DNA of 62,001 bases, the filler included, from Sphacelaria rigidula (taxonomy: Eukaryota), in the NCBI GenBank assembly GCA_964200075.2. It is 11 parts of 11 records of this genome, joined end to end, with 100 filler letters (N's around TTAATTAATTAA, not from the genome) between each part and the next. Parts side by side here need not be neighbours in the genome. Positions count along the whole stretch, not along the records: positions 11,293 to 16,838 come from CAXNAA020026451.1; positions 16,939 to 22,484 come from CAXNAA020026452.1; positions 22,585 to 28,130 come from CAXNAA020026453.1; 8 more parts are not named here. One strand, 5' to 3'. Each line of letters opens with the position of its first letter. Position 1 is the first letter of the stretch. Shown here in pieces: positions 12,401-25,678 of this stretch. A program made the translations under genes and the position numbers. Below the pieces are notes generated by a model. That model was given only the letters and a program-made list of their open reading frames with translations. It was not told where the DNA came from and did not search any database.

Positions 12401-15029
12401 CGAAGCAGGCTTTCATGAGGAACAATTACGCGTAAAACAAATGGGATTTTCGGCAACGGGTTGGAGCGAGGGCACCGCCCCGGGACTGTGGCACCTCATC
12501 CCGTCAGCTTTATTTAGTCGCAGCCAATATTCAAACAATCGTAAGCCAACCCTTTGACTACGAGCATAGGTCATCATCTGTTGAATCCACATTAATTTCA
12601 CTTGAAAAATGACTTCATGGACAGACGACCTACCCTGGTGGTCGAGAGGTTGACCGCTTGACCGCCAGGATAGGTCATGTGCAAAATCGGCACCACTTTC
12701 ACCCGAAAATTGACTGTGAGATCCAGATTTTCCACCCTGATGGTCAAAATCTTCACCCCTTTAGAACTCATGAGCCTGCATACCGTTGGAATATGTATAT
12801 AATATATATATTCATGGCTATCGTGGCTTGTGTACAAAGTACACAACGTTAGACTGTCAAAATTCTAGGAACAATGGGGTCAACTAGTGAAGCCAGCTCT
12901 GACAAGAGAGCTCGCAGAGGCTGCACAGTTTTGGTTAAACACTTGCTTGTTCAATGAGAAAATTATGGTTTGACCTTGGCTCTTTATCCGGTCGTCACTC
13001 AAATCAAACACAATCAGGCTCTACTCCACAGAGTATTGATGACAAGCTGGTAGGCTTACGTGTGGTGGGTCGCTTTGGAGAGAACTAGCGTAGGGCTGTC
13101 ACTCTCTCGACATAACTCTTGGACACTATAAAGCTGTTTATGCAAACTCTTGATACCTTAGACTCTTCGTACTCAAGTCTTCAATATTCTTACAATACGC
13201 TGACTTTATGTATACGAGATATACAGTACATGAACTCCTCATTATTCTACGATGAATAATGCATTTCTTGGATTATTACTACGACCTGTGTTCTAACGAT
13301 GAACCGTTACTTGTTTTACCGCTAATCTCGAGTGTGTATATTCGGAACTGTTATTTCCTAATTTCCGACAAATACCACTTCTATTGTTCTTCCATAAGGT
13401 TCGGAATACTTGTTTTGGCGCAAGAGACAACGCTTTCATGTAAACAAGGGCGTATGAGCCCGCTGGGCCGTTGCCATGCACATAGCCCGTGCATTCCTCT
13501 TGGTTTGATACACACCATCAGTTGCTGCTCGATAATCACGTATGCACCTCCTCTGTAAAGCATCAACGGCAACACCGGCTGGATCTGAAGATGTACAGCG
13601 TGTCTCGAGCTTGGTAAGATCGTTGCACAACATATGCTAGGCTCAGCAAATCTCCACCTGGGCTGCCGAACCATTTTGGCCTGTTACAATGGTATCGGTT
13701 GAAAACTAAGATGTGTCCAATCGTTTGAGCGCCCGGACGTCTTGGTAGAGCTGGCTCCCTTGTCCATGAGAACACCATCCTAGAGCTACAGGGACTGTAA
13801 TGGCTCGCAGCAGGCCGGGGGTGTTTCAACGGTCAAAGACGGGATAGTATGTCTCCTTGATTATTTATTGCGGACGTAATATCGGACCAATCACATGGGC
13901 GGACAGCATAACGACCAACCTCGAGACATGCTGTCATGCTTGACAAGTTTGGAAATCTTGAATTTGGATGCATCCCAGTGGTCTTGTGGCGAATAGTGTG
14001 CGTGCCCAGGAGGGAACCACGACAGCAACGCCAACGGGTACTTCAGAAAGCTACGACATTGAGGTTCGGGTCCAGACACCACCAGTTTGACAGCGCTTTG
14101 TCGAGTAAAGATGGCAAAAAAGTGATATTCAGAACAAGCATGTGAAAAGCAGGCACCCTTTGCGTATTTCCGCCGGCTTATACCCGGGAGGTTTCTCCGC
14201 AATGCTGGTGTGCTTTTGGGGATATGCCTGTGCGCGACGGCACACGGCAAAGTAGGGGTACCTGGCTTCAAGTTTGGTGCCTGAAAACCTTCAACTAGTA
14301 ACCACATCCGGACACACAAACGGGCAGATATAGAGGGACAGATATTCCGATTTTATCGACCCCCCAGGGCATATTTTGGTGCATGTTTGCTGTCAAGAGT
14401 CGGTAGGAAAGATTAACATCTAGCTTCGCCCGGGTTTCGTTCATGAATAGGTTCCGCTTAACTTGTACTCGTGTCGTGACAGGGTCTAGAGAGTGCGCTT
14501 ATCGGCTCATGAAAAAACTTGTAGCACTACTATAATGCATGTAGGCAATATACGATGTGTGCCACCCATGGTACAAGCCCCTGCGCGTCCTCCCCATCCC
14601 ATCCGCTTTTGATCCCACGGTACAGGGGAGTTGTGCTGCACTCTCGGTTGGATGAACTCTTTTCAGCATTGGAAGAACGTTTGAGCTATGATGTGGAGGG
14701 CGAGGAAATGTTCCATTCGCCTCGGGTAGAAGACAGCGAGACCACAGCGTTCACCATCGCAATCGTGGGAGACAGCACACTGCGGGTGAGCGTAGTGCCA
14801 ATGCTACGTCGGGAAGTACCAGTGCTGCAGTAACTTTTGCTCTTGTCCTCAGTGCTGTCCTTCAAGTCTGCGATTTGTCACAGGGGCCCTTCTCTTTTGC
14901 GACCTTAATCGCTCTCCGTTTTTCCCAGTTTGTTTCTCTCACACTTTGCCTCCCCCCGCTTCCTTGGGACGAGTCCGTACTATAATGGTCTCAGGAAATT
15001 AATCTATCTCTCCCTCGTTATTGCTCCGT

Positions 15030-16838
15030 TCTTGACCATAACGTGGTGGAGCATGGAAATCGTAGAGAAATGGAAGTGCATGTATGCGCGAAGGACGTAG
15101 GAACTACAGATCATATCAGTGCCTAATATGGACAGAAAGCCAACAGGTGAGAGCTCAAAGCAATAGGTGTGGTAGAAAGTCGTACAAATGGAGAATCCAT
15201 GAACTAGATATGGAAGAAAAACAGCAAGGGTTCCAAGGAGAGATGCCCAAAACGTGCGGTGAAATGTTCCGAGCTGTTGGAAAGAGTAGGTACAGTTGAT
15301 ACCGAAATGAAAAAAAATCGGGCAAGAGTGAAGATTATAAAAGGATGGGAGCAGTTGGTGGAGAGCACAGGGAGTAAAGTCATAGGGAAGAAACTAATCG
15401 TATGCGACAGAGCAGAAAAATGGTGGTGTAGCGAAGTAAAAGAGGCCATAAGGGTAAGGGGAGAGGTCCACGTGAGATGTGTATCGAGTAAACCCACGGC
15501 AGGATGGGATGAGTATACTGAAGCTAGAATGAAGTACAGAAGATGGTACAGGAGAAGAAGAAGGGGGTATGGGAACATGTAGTGAATAAAACCAATGGAG
15601 ATTTCGATGGCGGGATGAAACAAATGTTGGGAGGGATAAAAGGGGTAACGGGAAACCAGGCAGGAAAGATAGAGAGCGGTAAGCCACACTACGGGCAAAG
15701 AAAAACGGTAAGATGGCCAGTAGTTCGAAGGGGAAGCGAGAAGTGCTAGTCGAGCACTACCGTAAACTAGAAACACCAAAACCTAACACGAAGTTCGACA
15801 CGGGATTCGAAAAAGAGATCAACTAGTGGGCAGAAGCAGATGTAGAGACGTCAAAACGGGAGGATGTTGGCTCGAAAGAATTGCAGAGATAATTCACCAG
15901 AGATGGAAGTAAACGAGTGGGTAGCTAAACTCAAGAACAAAACGGCAGAAGGCGTACTCATTTGTTGCTTGCCTTAGTCGTTTGATCATTGACCACGCAT
16001 CCCTTTCGAGACGGAGCAAAACGGCAGAAGGGGCAGACGGAATAGTGAACGAATTCCTGAAGCATGGGGAGGAAGGAATGATTGCCGTGATGGTTGTGCT
16101 GTATAACTGGATCTAAGAAAACGAGTACACACCCAAGAGATGGAGAGAAGGAGTAGTCGTCAATCTTTTCAAAAAGGGAGACAAGGCTAACCCAGGAAAC
16201 TATAGAGGGATAACGCTACTGAGCACGGTAGGGAAAACATTCTGTAAGATTCTGAACGATAGAGTAAGAACGATGCCAAAAAAGGAAGAGAAAATCAGCT
16301 AGGGACGAGCAGGTTTTAGACCAAACTGTAGTTGCGTAGACCATGTGTACACACCAGGTGGGATTTTTCAGGGTAGGAAAGACACCGGGCGGACAATTTA
16401 CTGTTTTTTTTCTGGACATGCGAAAGGCTTATGACACAGTATAGAGAAATGGGTTGTGGAAAAAGTTGTGGGATACTGGGGTTAGAGGAAATATGTGGGA
16501 AATGGTGAAGGAGATGACAGAATGTGCCAAAAGTGCCATGATGATAGACAGGGAAATATCGAACGTTTTTTATATCTTACAAGGAGTTGCACAAGGATGT
16601 ACGTGATCACCCACTCTGTTCAAGGTAGTTATTCATTACTTGATAATAGCAATAGAAGCAGCATTCGCAAGGGGTCAAGGTGGGTAAAGATATGGTATCA
16701 GGATTGATGTTCGCAGATGATCTTGTAGGAATTTCAGAAACACCAGAAGGATTACAGATACAGATAGACAAGGCGCTAGAACACACTAGGAAATGGAGAG
16801 TGGCAGCTAACGTCAACAAATGCGCGGTACTCGTCTGT
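15030..16838 (+). mobile_element. Decayed LINE ORF2 (endonuclease C-terminus through RT), truncated by the contig end
   Basis: Peptides across frames: TDH, KWWCSEVKEAI, KGDKANPGNYRGITLL, GFRP, D+RKAYD, QGVAQGC, GLMFADDLV. Confidence 0.88.
15953..16016 (-). mobile_element. 64-nt C-tailed family A insertion nested in the LINE, with a perfect 15-bp TSD
   Basis: CAAAACGGCAGAAGG lies at 15938-15952 and 16017-16031. Confidence 0.9.
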
Positions 16839-17353
16839 NNNNNNNNNNNNNNNNNNNNNNNNNNNNNNNNNNNNNNNNNNNNTTAATTAATTAANNNNNN
16901 NNNNNNNNNNNNNNNNNNNNNNNNNNNNNNNNNNNNNNACGAACATGCGAGAGGGACCGAACAGATAAGCACGCCTCAACGTAGAGACAAGGCACCAAAA
17001 ATAAGGGAGTAGGAGATTCAGACGGATGTTCGAGAAGCACTTGAGACAAACCGAGAAGCCGACCGGGACTCTCATTTCCCTCCGCAGCCCGAGTTTTTGA
17101 CCACATGATCGGTAAGGGTTTGAGACTCAAAAGTGCGGAGCTGCTGAAGGCTGTCCGTCATGGTGTACACTGCGCGGCTGCATACCTTACTCCACCCACC
17201 AGTGCACAGCACGACTCTTTCTTCACTAGCATATCATGATAAGCAGGCTGACGAGACAAGAGTTTAAGTTTACATTTGTACAGACTTCTTCGTACGAAAA
17301 AAATATACAAGAAAAGCTAAGGCAGTGAGTACATGGTCAAACATTTTTTTCAC

Positions 17354-19825
17354 CTCGTACTGGAAACCAACCGCGGCAACCGCTTCAAATCCTCCTCCGC
17401 CTGCTTCTCCTCCACCTTTCCCACAAGCGGTTGCGGGAACGGATGTCACGGCAGTCCCCTCCGGCGGCATCAGCAGCAGTGTGTTGGAGGTTTCCGCCTT
17501 GGTGAGTTTGAACGTCTTCCCTTCCGTGACGAGAACCGCGTCTTGATCCTCGCTTCCGATTAGCCGGACCCTGGCGAATAATAGAGATAAACATGTAAAT
17601 AACCCCCCTAGAAGCGATGTTGTGTGGGTGACATCGTACATTGTATTTTGTAGGTGTGTATGCGAAGGCCGCTGAGACTCAAACCGTTCGTGAAAAACAA
17701 ATCATACGGGGATTGAATGGGGGGGAACACACACACATACACATGAGCGCGCGCGCACTTGTCTTTTTTTTCATGAGAATACTCAATCCAAAGCTCCGTG
17801 AATAATGTTTTCACACAGTACTTCTGCTTTCAGCTCTGCTGCTACGTCCTCGCTCGTATGGATGGCCTTTTGCAGTCATCGCTGCTTTATTGCTTTTTTT
17901 TTTTTACGTTCAGTGCTCATAAGTGAGATCAACGTTTGACTCGAAACCAAAATCTCAGAAATATTTTCACGTGAATGGTAATCAATGTTTGCTTTAGGAA
18001 TCCCAATTCAACTAGAGCAGGCCTTCATCACCCACATATCACGGCTGGCATCCTCTCCAATCTCGCTCAGCAAGGACTCGGGCACCTGCCAAACACGCCG
18101 ACATCGGCACATCGGGGGGGGGGGGGGGGGGGCGACTGAGCTGTGGTGGACACAGTACGACGTCACTGCTGACAGCTTCTAAAAAGATGTTCCAGTATTT
18201 CATTAATACTTGTCCTCGTGTCGAAAGCTTCGTGAATCTCAAGTCCAGTTAAGCGAATTGCACATCGTTTGGCGAAGTATACACTCGCAGGCTCTGCATC
18301 TTCACATCCATTTTCATCCCGAGTCCCCTCGCGGCATGACATTTCGTTACCGCTCACGTAAAAACTACAGCTCCTTGCGGCCGGTGCCTGGGGAAACCGG
18401 TAACGCCCAATACCCGGTTTGAACGCAGGAATGCAACGGTAGCGGCTTACAGCTTCGTCCGTGTGCTGCTCAACCTGGCCCGGCGAAACCACGTTGTATC
18501 GCTCCATTCCGGCATCGTTGCGACCCGAGGTGACTGGCCAGAAGGAAGCGGCATTTATAAATGCTGAAACCACTTGCGAAAACAGCAATATTTCAGTACG
18601 AGGTTGCGCCGCCGTTATATATGAGACTTGCTCGGACTGGTGAGGACCTTCCTGGGCGTTGCGCCCGAGATGCACTCCTGTTTGCTGATATCAGTGCATG
18701 GGGACATGTCTTCTTCTGCCCTAGCTCTGTCTACCACAGGGAGGTCAGCACAATCGAAGTGCTTGGACTACTTTCTGGAACTATCTTCGTTAGGTTACTG
18801 TGCTACGGCAAAAGCAGGAGTACGAAAGGCAGGCGTCGTCAATATCTCAATTATTTTTCCTCCTAAGGAGAGCATCAAGCAAGCGCTGAGGTATGCTCGA
18901 AAGTGGCGTCCAAACACAACGACATCGCACACACACACACAGCAGAAATTGTCAAGTTGTCTGCAGTTGCATGTTCAGTGACAGACTGTCCGTGCCACTG
19001 TATACCTCCAACAAGCCTCTCTGTCGCGGTATCGACTGTATGATATTTGAAGAAACGGCGCGGGCACCTCCTCGCTCGCCAGACGGGCACAGTAAAAAAA
19101 AGCGGTTGGTGGGACGAAGAGCGGACTGCCGGTATCATTAAGACGGAGGTTTTCTCAAGCAGGAGACGCTGTCCTCGACTACTGCGTCTCGTGTTTATCC
19201 CGTAGGAGCATTACAGTATAGGCGATGCCGTCACGGTCGTCATCGTCGCACACGGCCGTGAGTCTATCAGGCATTGTACCGAACTGCACCTGCTTGTATG
19301 GACATCGTTTTTGACAACATAGGATTTGACCCCTACCCGTGAAAGCACCGCGGGGAGCTTAACATTTTTTTTTATTACATATAGTTGTTGTTATTCCCCC
19401 CCCTCCAAACCTCTACGAAGAAAACGCCCACAACACCCATAATTTACGTGACTTGATCATTCGCCCTCCCCACCCCCTCCCCTCCATTGAATCTTTCACC
19501 CATTTGCCCAGCCGTTGAAAAGGCGGACAGCGCCTCAAAATCTACTTGCCATGAACTCTCGTGTAAAAAAGCTGATATCGAAAACTGTATCTACTCTTCG
19601 ACCCCGTCCCGGCTAGCTCACTTGCAGCAGCACCAAGCTTTGGTTCTCCGTCGCGAACGAATCGGAGAATTTCAGCGACACGTCACCCGTCGCCCCGACC
19701 TCCTTGACGGCTTCATCCAAAAGCCGGGGTCGCTTCTGTACGGGCTCGCTGTTGTGTGGAATTCGCGAGCGAGCGAGGGAATCGGTCAACGGCTACCGAG
19801 ATGCAGGTGCCGACAATTGTGACAT
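17354..19825 (-). CDS. DSCC1: Sister chromatid cohesion protein DCC1 (Ctf18-RFC subunit), 5' part. Exons: 19825-19797 (tentative), 19748-19622, 18085-18036, 17570-17354. The remainder lies beyond the contig end.
   Basis: The spliced peptide VSLKFSDSFATENQSLVLLQ|VPESLLSEIGEDASRDM|VRLIGSEDQDAVLVTEGKTFKLTKAETSNTLLL...FQYE matches the Dcc1 N-terminal signature. Introns are GT-AG with consistent phases. Confidence 0.85.
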
Positions 19826-19877
19826 TTAATAAAGTCATCATCAAATGCTGATAATAGGCAGCAAGTAGTGCACAGTG

Positions 19878-20858
19878 AAGTTGGATATCGAATCAATGAT
19901 CAGTTCGATACGATATCGATAGTTTTCAGCTGCGTCAAAATTTCAAGTCGAGCTCGCTGTACAAGCCCCAATCGCCCCCCCCCCCCACCCCCCCCCCCCC
20001 CCCCCCCGCCCCGCCCCCCCCCCCCCGCGGCCCGCGCCCGCGCGGCGGGCCTANNNNNNNNNNGCAAAAATTTAACGCGGGGCCCCGCGACAAACCCCCA
20101 ACCCCCCCCCCCCCCCCCCTCCCCACGGTGGTGACGGTGCTCCGTCTCGAAAGGGGTGCGTGGTCAATGGTCAGACGACTAAGGCAAGCAACACATGAGA
20201 ACGCCCCCGGTGGTGACGGCAGCCGGCTGGAGGCGCTGTCGAAGGCCAGAAAATTGGTTCATTTTTGCCTCATCTCCTGTCAAACCTACACTAAGAGTGG
20301 GACATCAAAACTGATAACGTTCAATGTTCAGCCAATTGTGAGGCCATGTGGGAGGGGAAAGCGAGCGAATTCAAAACATTTGCTATGGTCTATACTGCAC
20401 TATTATTTAGCACACAGGCCCGTTTTCCCCAAGCAGTAAGCCACACATGCAGCTTTCCCATTTAATGCCATCGCTAAGCGCTACGAGTACACGTCACACC
20501 CAACACGACATGTGACCGGTAGGCAGCATGCAGGAAGCAATACTATACGATCAAAAAAACGATCACCGGCAACGCGAAAAACAACTTGTCGTTTTTTATA
20601 TATAGCCGTTGCCTGGTGTGCTTCACATGCGCAGCCCCCACTAGGCAGGATCAAACCGCTATGTGGTTACTGTCATGTGTTCGTCTGTTGTCTACTGCCT
20701 ATGCTCGGTGCTGTGCTGTATGCGGTGCTTTCCGTCTCCCGCAAGGGGTTCCGTGTGCTTGTTTCGTAATCGAAAATTATCGATATCGAAACCGATACCG
20801 AAACATCGAAATGTTTTCGATACGATATATCGTCCATTTCGATACGATATCCAACACT
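19878..20858. mobile_element. Possible decayed MITE ends rich in CGATA/TATCG
   Basis: GTTGGATATCG near 19880 and CGATATCCAACACT near 20845 are inverted, and both are flanked by CGATA reiterations. Whether the two ends pair is uncertain. Confidence 0.35.
20138..20203 (+). mobile_element. C-tailed family A insertion with TSD, next to a poly-C tract
   Basis: CGGTGGTGACGG lies at 20126-20137 and 20208-20219, and both copies are preceded by C-runs. Confidence 0.85.
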
Positions 20859-22404
20859 ACTGCGCACTTGTACACCACTCCAGGTGGGTGTACGTTTGTC
20901 AGAGGGGTGGTGTACTCCGTCGCTCGTACATGTAGGCATAGCCAGCGGCACACCGAAACCGTCTTTTCCCTGATACCACAATGGCCGATTCAAGCCTCTC
21001 TTGGACTTTCAGTCTACGGCGGAGATGAAAACTGCTACATGCAGGAATGTCTTTTCCCCTCGCTCACCTTGACCCCCATTTTTTATCCACTGCTGTCAGT
21101 ACAGTGCTGCACACGACAGTGCATGGTGCTGTTTGTCTGTGGCACCTAGCGCCAAGTTTCAGGATCGACTAAATATATATTTGGGCGCTGTGAGGTTTTG
21201 GACCTTGATGTTCTCGACAAACGCGACGTTACATTCCTTGAGGATCCGATTTATTTCAGCTGAGCGATGAGATTTTTTCAAGAACACTGCTTTCGACAAC
21301 ATGGTCCTCGCCCGTCTAGAGGAATCCGATCTGTATAAACCGCAATACTTACGGGGGTGGTATACGACGTCAGCTGGGTCATACGAGCAGCAACTGATTT
21401 GGGGAAACGCAAACCTGACGTGCTTTGAGCTCGAACTGCAGAAATGAAATGAATACAATCAAGAACTCATAAATCTTATGTCATCAGCGTACCTGATTGT
21501 CACCTCCACTGACTCGCAAGAGACCATCGTGCTTCCTGCCGAATGGTTCGGGTTTCGTAAAGGTGTTAGGGTCTCGTTGCGGCGCCGAAATTCAAAAACT
21601 GAGCTCTAATTGCGCCGCAGTCGATACCGTTTCGGGTGTAACGGAAAAATAAAATATAATACACAAGATGATACCGACGAAGTGGACCACTGCACAGTAG
21701 TAGTGTACTGCTCTCATGTAGTTTATCTTCTGCCTCTACATACACCGCGCCGCCTCCAAAATAAAGCATACGACTCCTAGTAGAAGGTATGTAATGTGTG
21801 CTTTTTGTACGATTTCAAGCGAGAAGCTGCTGCTGAGTGCATGCAAACAACAGGTCGGCAACTCTGTACGAGTATATTAAGTCGATCAAATGCTTTGACC
21901 CTGGGTACTGGACGATTCACGTACGATCGTAGCTTCGTCATACTTCAGTGATGGCAGACTGTACTGTAGAGCAAGAAGAGTGCCTGGCCTACATGTATGG
22001 CACGGCACGCTCAGTACAGTAGATTACACACCACGCTGCATCTATGCTGCACCTTGCTCAGCAGTACGATGCGATGTCACCCAGCATATGTCCTCCATCC
22101 GACATCCAAAAGTTCAAGGGCGTTGTCTGTACATGCACGCTCGACAGGGTACGCTGCATTGTAAACAACTGTACTGTACCGTGCTCCGTCGTACGTAGAT
22201 ACCACTGTGGACCGAAATATAGGTGTAGCAGGTACGGATGGCCCGGAACAAGTAGCCAGTTTCACCAGAAAAAGCACCAGACACTGAGTACATGCTAATG
22301 ACAAAAATAACATAAAACACTGGAGGCGTTGGGGGATGTTTTTTTTTAATAATTGGATGGAAGATCCCGTGGATAGCTTTGGAGCAGCCCCCCTTCCCCC
22401 CCCC

Positions 22405-22484
22405 AACACTATGAGGCAGTGTATGAGCCGTGGCTGTCTCTGGAAGTGGCGATACCACAGAATAAAGCAACTCATTGTAGGCTG
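22405..22484 (-). repeat. Dispersed repeat at a contig end (same family as 5647-5728)
   Basis: Reverse-complement match to 5647-5728. Confidence 0.75.
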
Positions 22485-22584
22485 NNNNNNNNNNNNNNNN
22501 NNNNNNNNNNNNNNNNNNNNNNNNNNNNTTAATTAATTAANNNNNNNNNNNNNNNNNNNNNNNNNNNNNNNNNNNNNNNNNNNN

Positions 22585-25495
22585 TCCGTCCGGTTGTCTA
22601 GCCAGGGCTCCCGCGAACAGCAGTCGTCGTTGCCGGACGATGGCTTTGGCACTTTGGCATCCGGTCTTCTTGAGGGCCTGTGCATATGACAGTTGTCGGT
22701 ATGGCACGCGCACTCTGCGGTACCCGATGATGCGCATGAGAAGCCGGTAGTGCACCTTTCGAATAAGCAAGTCGTATTGTTCGCGGCGCGGGGCCCACGT
22801 CATGCATGCGTATAGTAGGGCCTTCATCGCCTCCACTTTCAGCAGTCGGGCCTTGAGTCTCCATGGTGCCTTCAGTCGGCCAAAGAGCTCCCGGGGGAGC
22901 TTCCTACTGCACGCCCACGCTACTCTGCTCCGATTGTTGATTTCTTGATTGAGTTCGCCCTCTTCGTTGACGAGCCCGCTCAAATATCGGAAACTACTTT
23001 TCTGGGCTTATTTCTGGCTCGATGCTTCGATGATCAGCGGTGGGGGAGATGGTGTTGGTGACTCCCCCTCCTTTAGTCCTTGCTTCGGCACTCGCATCAA
23101 GAGAGTCTTCGTCTTCTTCTCCGACACGGTCAGTCCAAAGGCCCCTAACACGCTCACTATGATGGTCATCATCCTCGCCAGTCCGTCGAGGGATCTCGAG
23201 ATGACGCCGGCATCGTCAGCGTACAGCATTCCTCACACCGCTCTGCGTACACGTTCCAGCTGTGTCTCCGCCCTCCTCCCCGTCTCCTCATCGAGATATA
23301 CCATGTCCTTCATGATGACAGCATCCTCGCTGAATCGCACAAGGACTATCTCGAGCACTGCCGCGAAGAAGACGTTGAACAGTAGGGGAGACAGTACGCA
23401 TCCTTGTCGCAGTCCCTGTGTGACTTCAAACCACTCCGAGAGCTCCCCGTCGTCCATGCGTACGCGGACCTGCATACCGTCGTGGAATTGGCAGATAATT
23501 ACTATCATCTCATCCGGAATGCCGGCTCGAGCCAGTACCTGCCACAGAAGCTCTCGGTTGACCGAGTCATATGCCTTCTGGAGGTCGACGGAGTACATGT
23601 ACAGCAGTATTTTCCGCCGCCGTCCCAGCTCCTGGAGTCGGCGCACTACGAACAGCATGTCGACAGTGGATCGGTCAGGTCGGAAGCCGCACTGTTCCTC
23701 GGGTAATATCTCGTGCGTTTCCCAGTGGTCGCTGAGGCGGTTGGCCACTATCTTCAGGAGCATTTTCCCTGCGTGCGATACCAGAGAGATTTCCCTGTAA
23801 TTATTGCAGTTGGACCGGTCCGATTTCTTGTACAGCACCTTGATGGTTGCCTTTTTCCATTCCTGCGGGACCTTCCCTCTGTTCCACACCTCGACGAGAA
23901 TGGTATGGAAGCGTTCGAGGACCATGGGCTCGGCGCGGCCGTCGATCTTGGCGCGGCCGTCGATCTTGAGAAGCTCCACAGGGAGGGAGTCGTGTCCTGG
24001 CGCTTTCCAGTTGTGCATCCCCCGAATTGCTCGTCTGATTTCCTCTAGTGTTGGTGCTGCCCCGAGCGGTACCGAATCCCCGGTGGTTGACGCTGCCGGT
24101 CGCTGCTTCACCTCCTCGATGATGGCTGGGTTCAGCGTGGTCGATTTCGCCTTGAGCAGGGTGCGGAAGAATCTCGCCCACCGTTTAAGGACGGGAATTT
24201 TGGTCCTCAGTAGGACGCTGTTCTCGTCCTTTATGAACTGCTGCCCCCCGGATTGCCTTCCACCAAGACCCACCGATCTATTGAGGTGTTTGTACAGGCC
24301 TCTCATGTCGCGATCCTTGTAGATCGCTTCTAGCCTTGCCACATATCTCTCCAGATGTGCATGTATGCCGTCATCGATTGCTGTACGCACGTTCTTACAC
24401 GCGGCTCTGAGTGCTTTCCACGATGCTGGGGTCCGGTGATGCTTCATCAGTTGGCGTGCCTCCCGTCGTTTGGCAAGCGCTGCTTCCACTGTTGCTCTCG
24501 TGCCGGGTTTTTCACACCATTCCGGTATACGTGGTTTCCGTGCCTCTTCCGGGAGTACTGTCTGCGCTACTTTGAGGATAGCTTCCGTAAACACTTTCGC
24601 GGCCGCCGGTGCGGTGATGATTGGCTGGTATATTTGCTCGGCGAGGTTATGAAGCAACCTCTCGGTCACGTGCCACCTTGCTATTTCGGTCTGCAGCTGC
24701 TGTCGGCTGAATTGCCGCTGCTTCGATTTGGTGCGTACTTGGCGGTTGTGGGCAAGGCGGCCACTGAGGTCGACAGTGGCCACCACTATGTTCTGGTCCG
24801 AGTCCGCTTTAGCCGGGGGTGCGGGTTGGGGGTGTACGACTACGTTGCCCACTCTACCTCGGTGTGCCTGAAGGGTAAGGATGTAGTCTATGCGCTTGAA
24901 GTCGCTCGTGCGATTCCCCACAACACCGTTGTATATGTGCGAGATTCCGCCTTTACGCGTGCTAAAGACGGTGTTCGTGATGACTAGTTTGTTGTCGGCT
25001 GCGAAAGTTAGTAAAAATTTGCCGTTATCGTTCAGCTCATCACGTCCATGGGCGTCTAGGACCCCTTCGTCCTCTAAGCCCTCTCCTACTTTGTCCCCCT
25101 TCCGCGCGTTGGCATCCATCAATACATACACACATTCTTTCGACGGGATTCGCTGTACAAGATCGTCAAGCCCATCCCAGAACGCTTGTTTCGTTTCGTT
25201 CTTGGCGACTTCGATTGGTGCATATGCAGCTACGAAATTGATCGCTCCGCTCTGCCCCGATATTTCGAACCGCGTTGCCATGAGGCGCTCGTCAACCTAC
25301 TCAGTGGTATAGGTGGCGTTATTGCAAATCGACTCTTTACGGCTATTCCCACATCGTGTTGCCCACCTGACTTGCTCCCACAGCAGAAGACTCTGAACCC
25401 TGCTGCTTTACAGTCTGTTCACCCCGCCCTTCGTGTCTCCTGCAGTCCTACTACCAAGATGTCAAGTCTCGCAGCCTCGTACAAGACGCTTTAGT
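22585..25495 (-). mobile_element. RTE-type LINE (APE endonuclease plus RT); nearly intact with a few stops and frameshifts; 3' end lost at the gap
   Basis: Endonuclease motifs GLQETR, AYAP, DANA, IDYI and SD. RT motifs KAPGHD, NYREISL, PEEQCGFRP, DLQKAYDSV, GLRQGCVLSPLLF, YADD. A 682-aa ORF spans 23233-25281. Confidence 0.93.
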
Positions 25496-25625
25496 GTGAT
25501 GTGCAATGTATTTCCGAAACCCATATATATATATATATATATAACTTGGCCTTACTCGGTTCCGGAGGTATACGAAGAATTAAAGCTTCAATACTATTGA
25601 TTGTAATTTTATATACTCCTAAGTT

Positions 25626-25678
25626 TATTTCTTATTTCTTATTTCATATTTCTTATTTCTTATTTCTTATTTCTTATT
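25626..25678. repeat. (TTTCTTA)n tandem repeat
   Basis: Directly visible 7-bp tandem unit. Confidence 0.85.

Noticed and set aside
13380..13830. VHGNGP peptide suggesting a PLOD-type glycosyltransferase exon
   Set aside because: It is an isolated short motif among stops with no supporting exon structure.
16939..17075. Continuation of the 15030-16838 LINE across the gap (and 22405-22484 as the 3' UTR of the RTE)
   Set aside because: These are different contigs joined only by length order.
19973..20125. Poly-C tract read as a proline-rich protein or G-quadruplex element
   Set aside because: It surrounds a 10-N gap and looks like low-quality homopolymer sequence.
22949..24987. Long + strand ORFs (283, 172 and 210 aa)
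   Set aside because: They are antisense shadows of the RTE LINE ORF.
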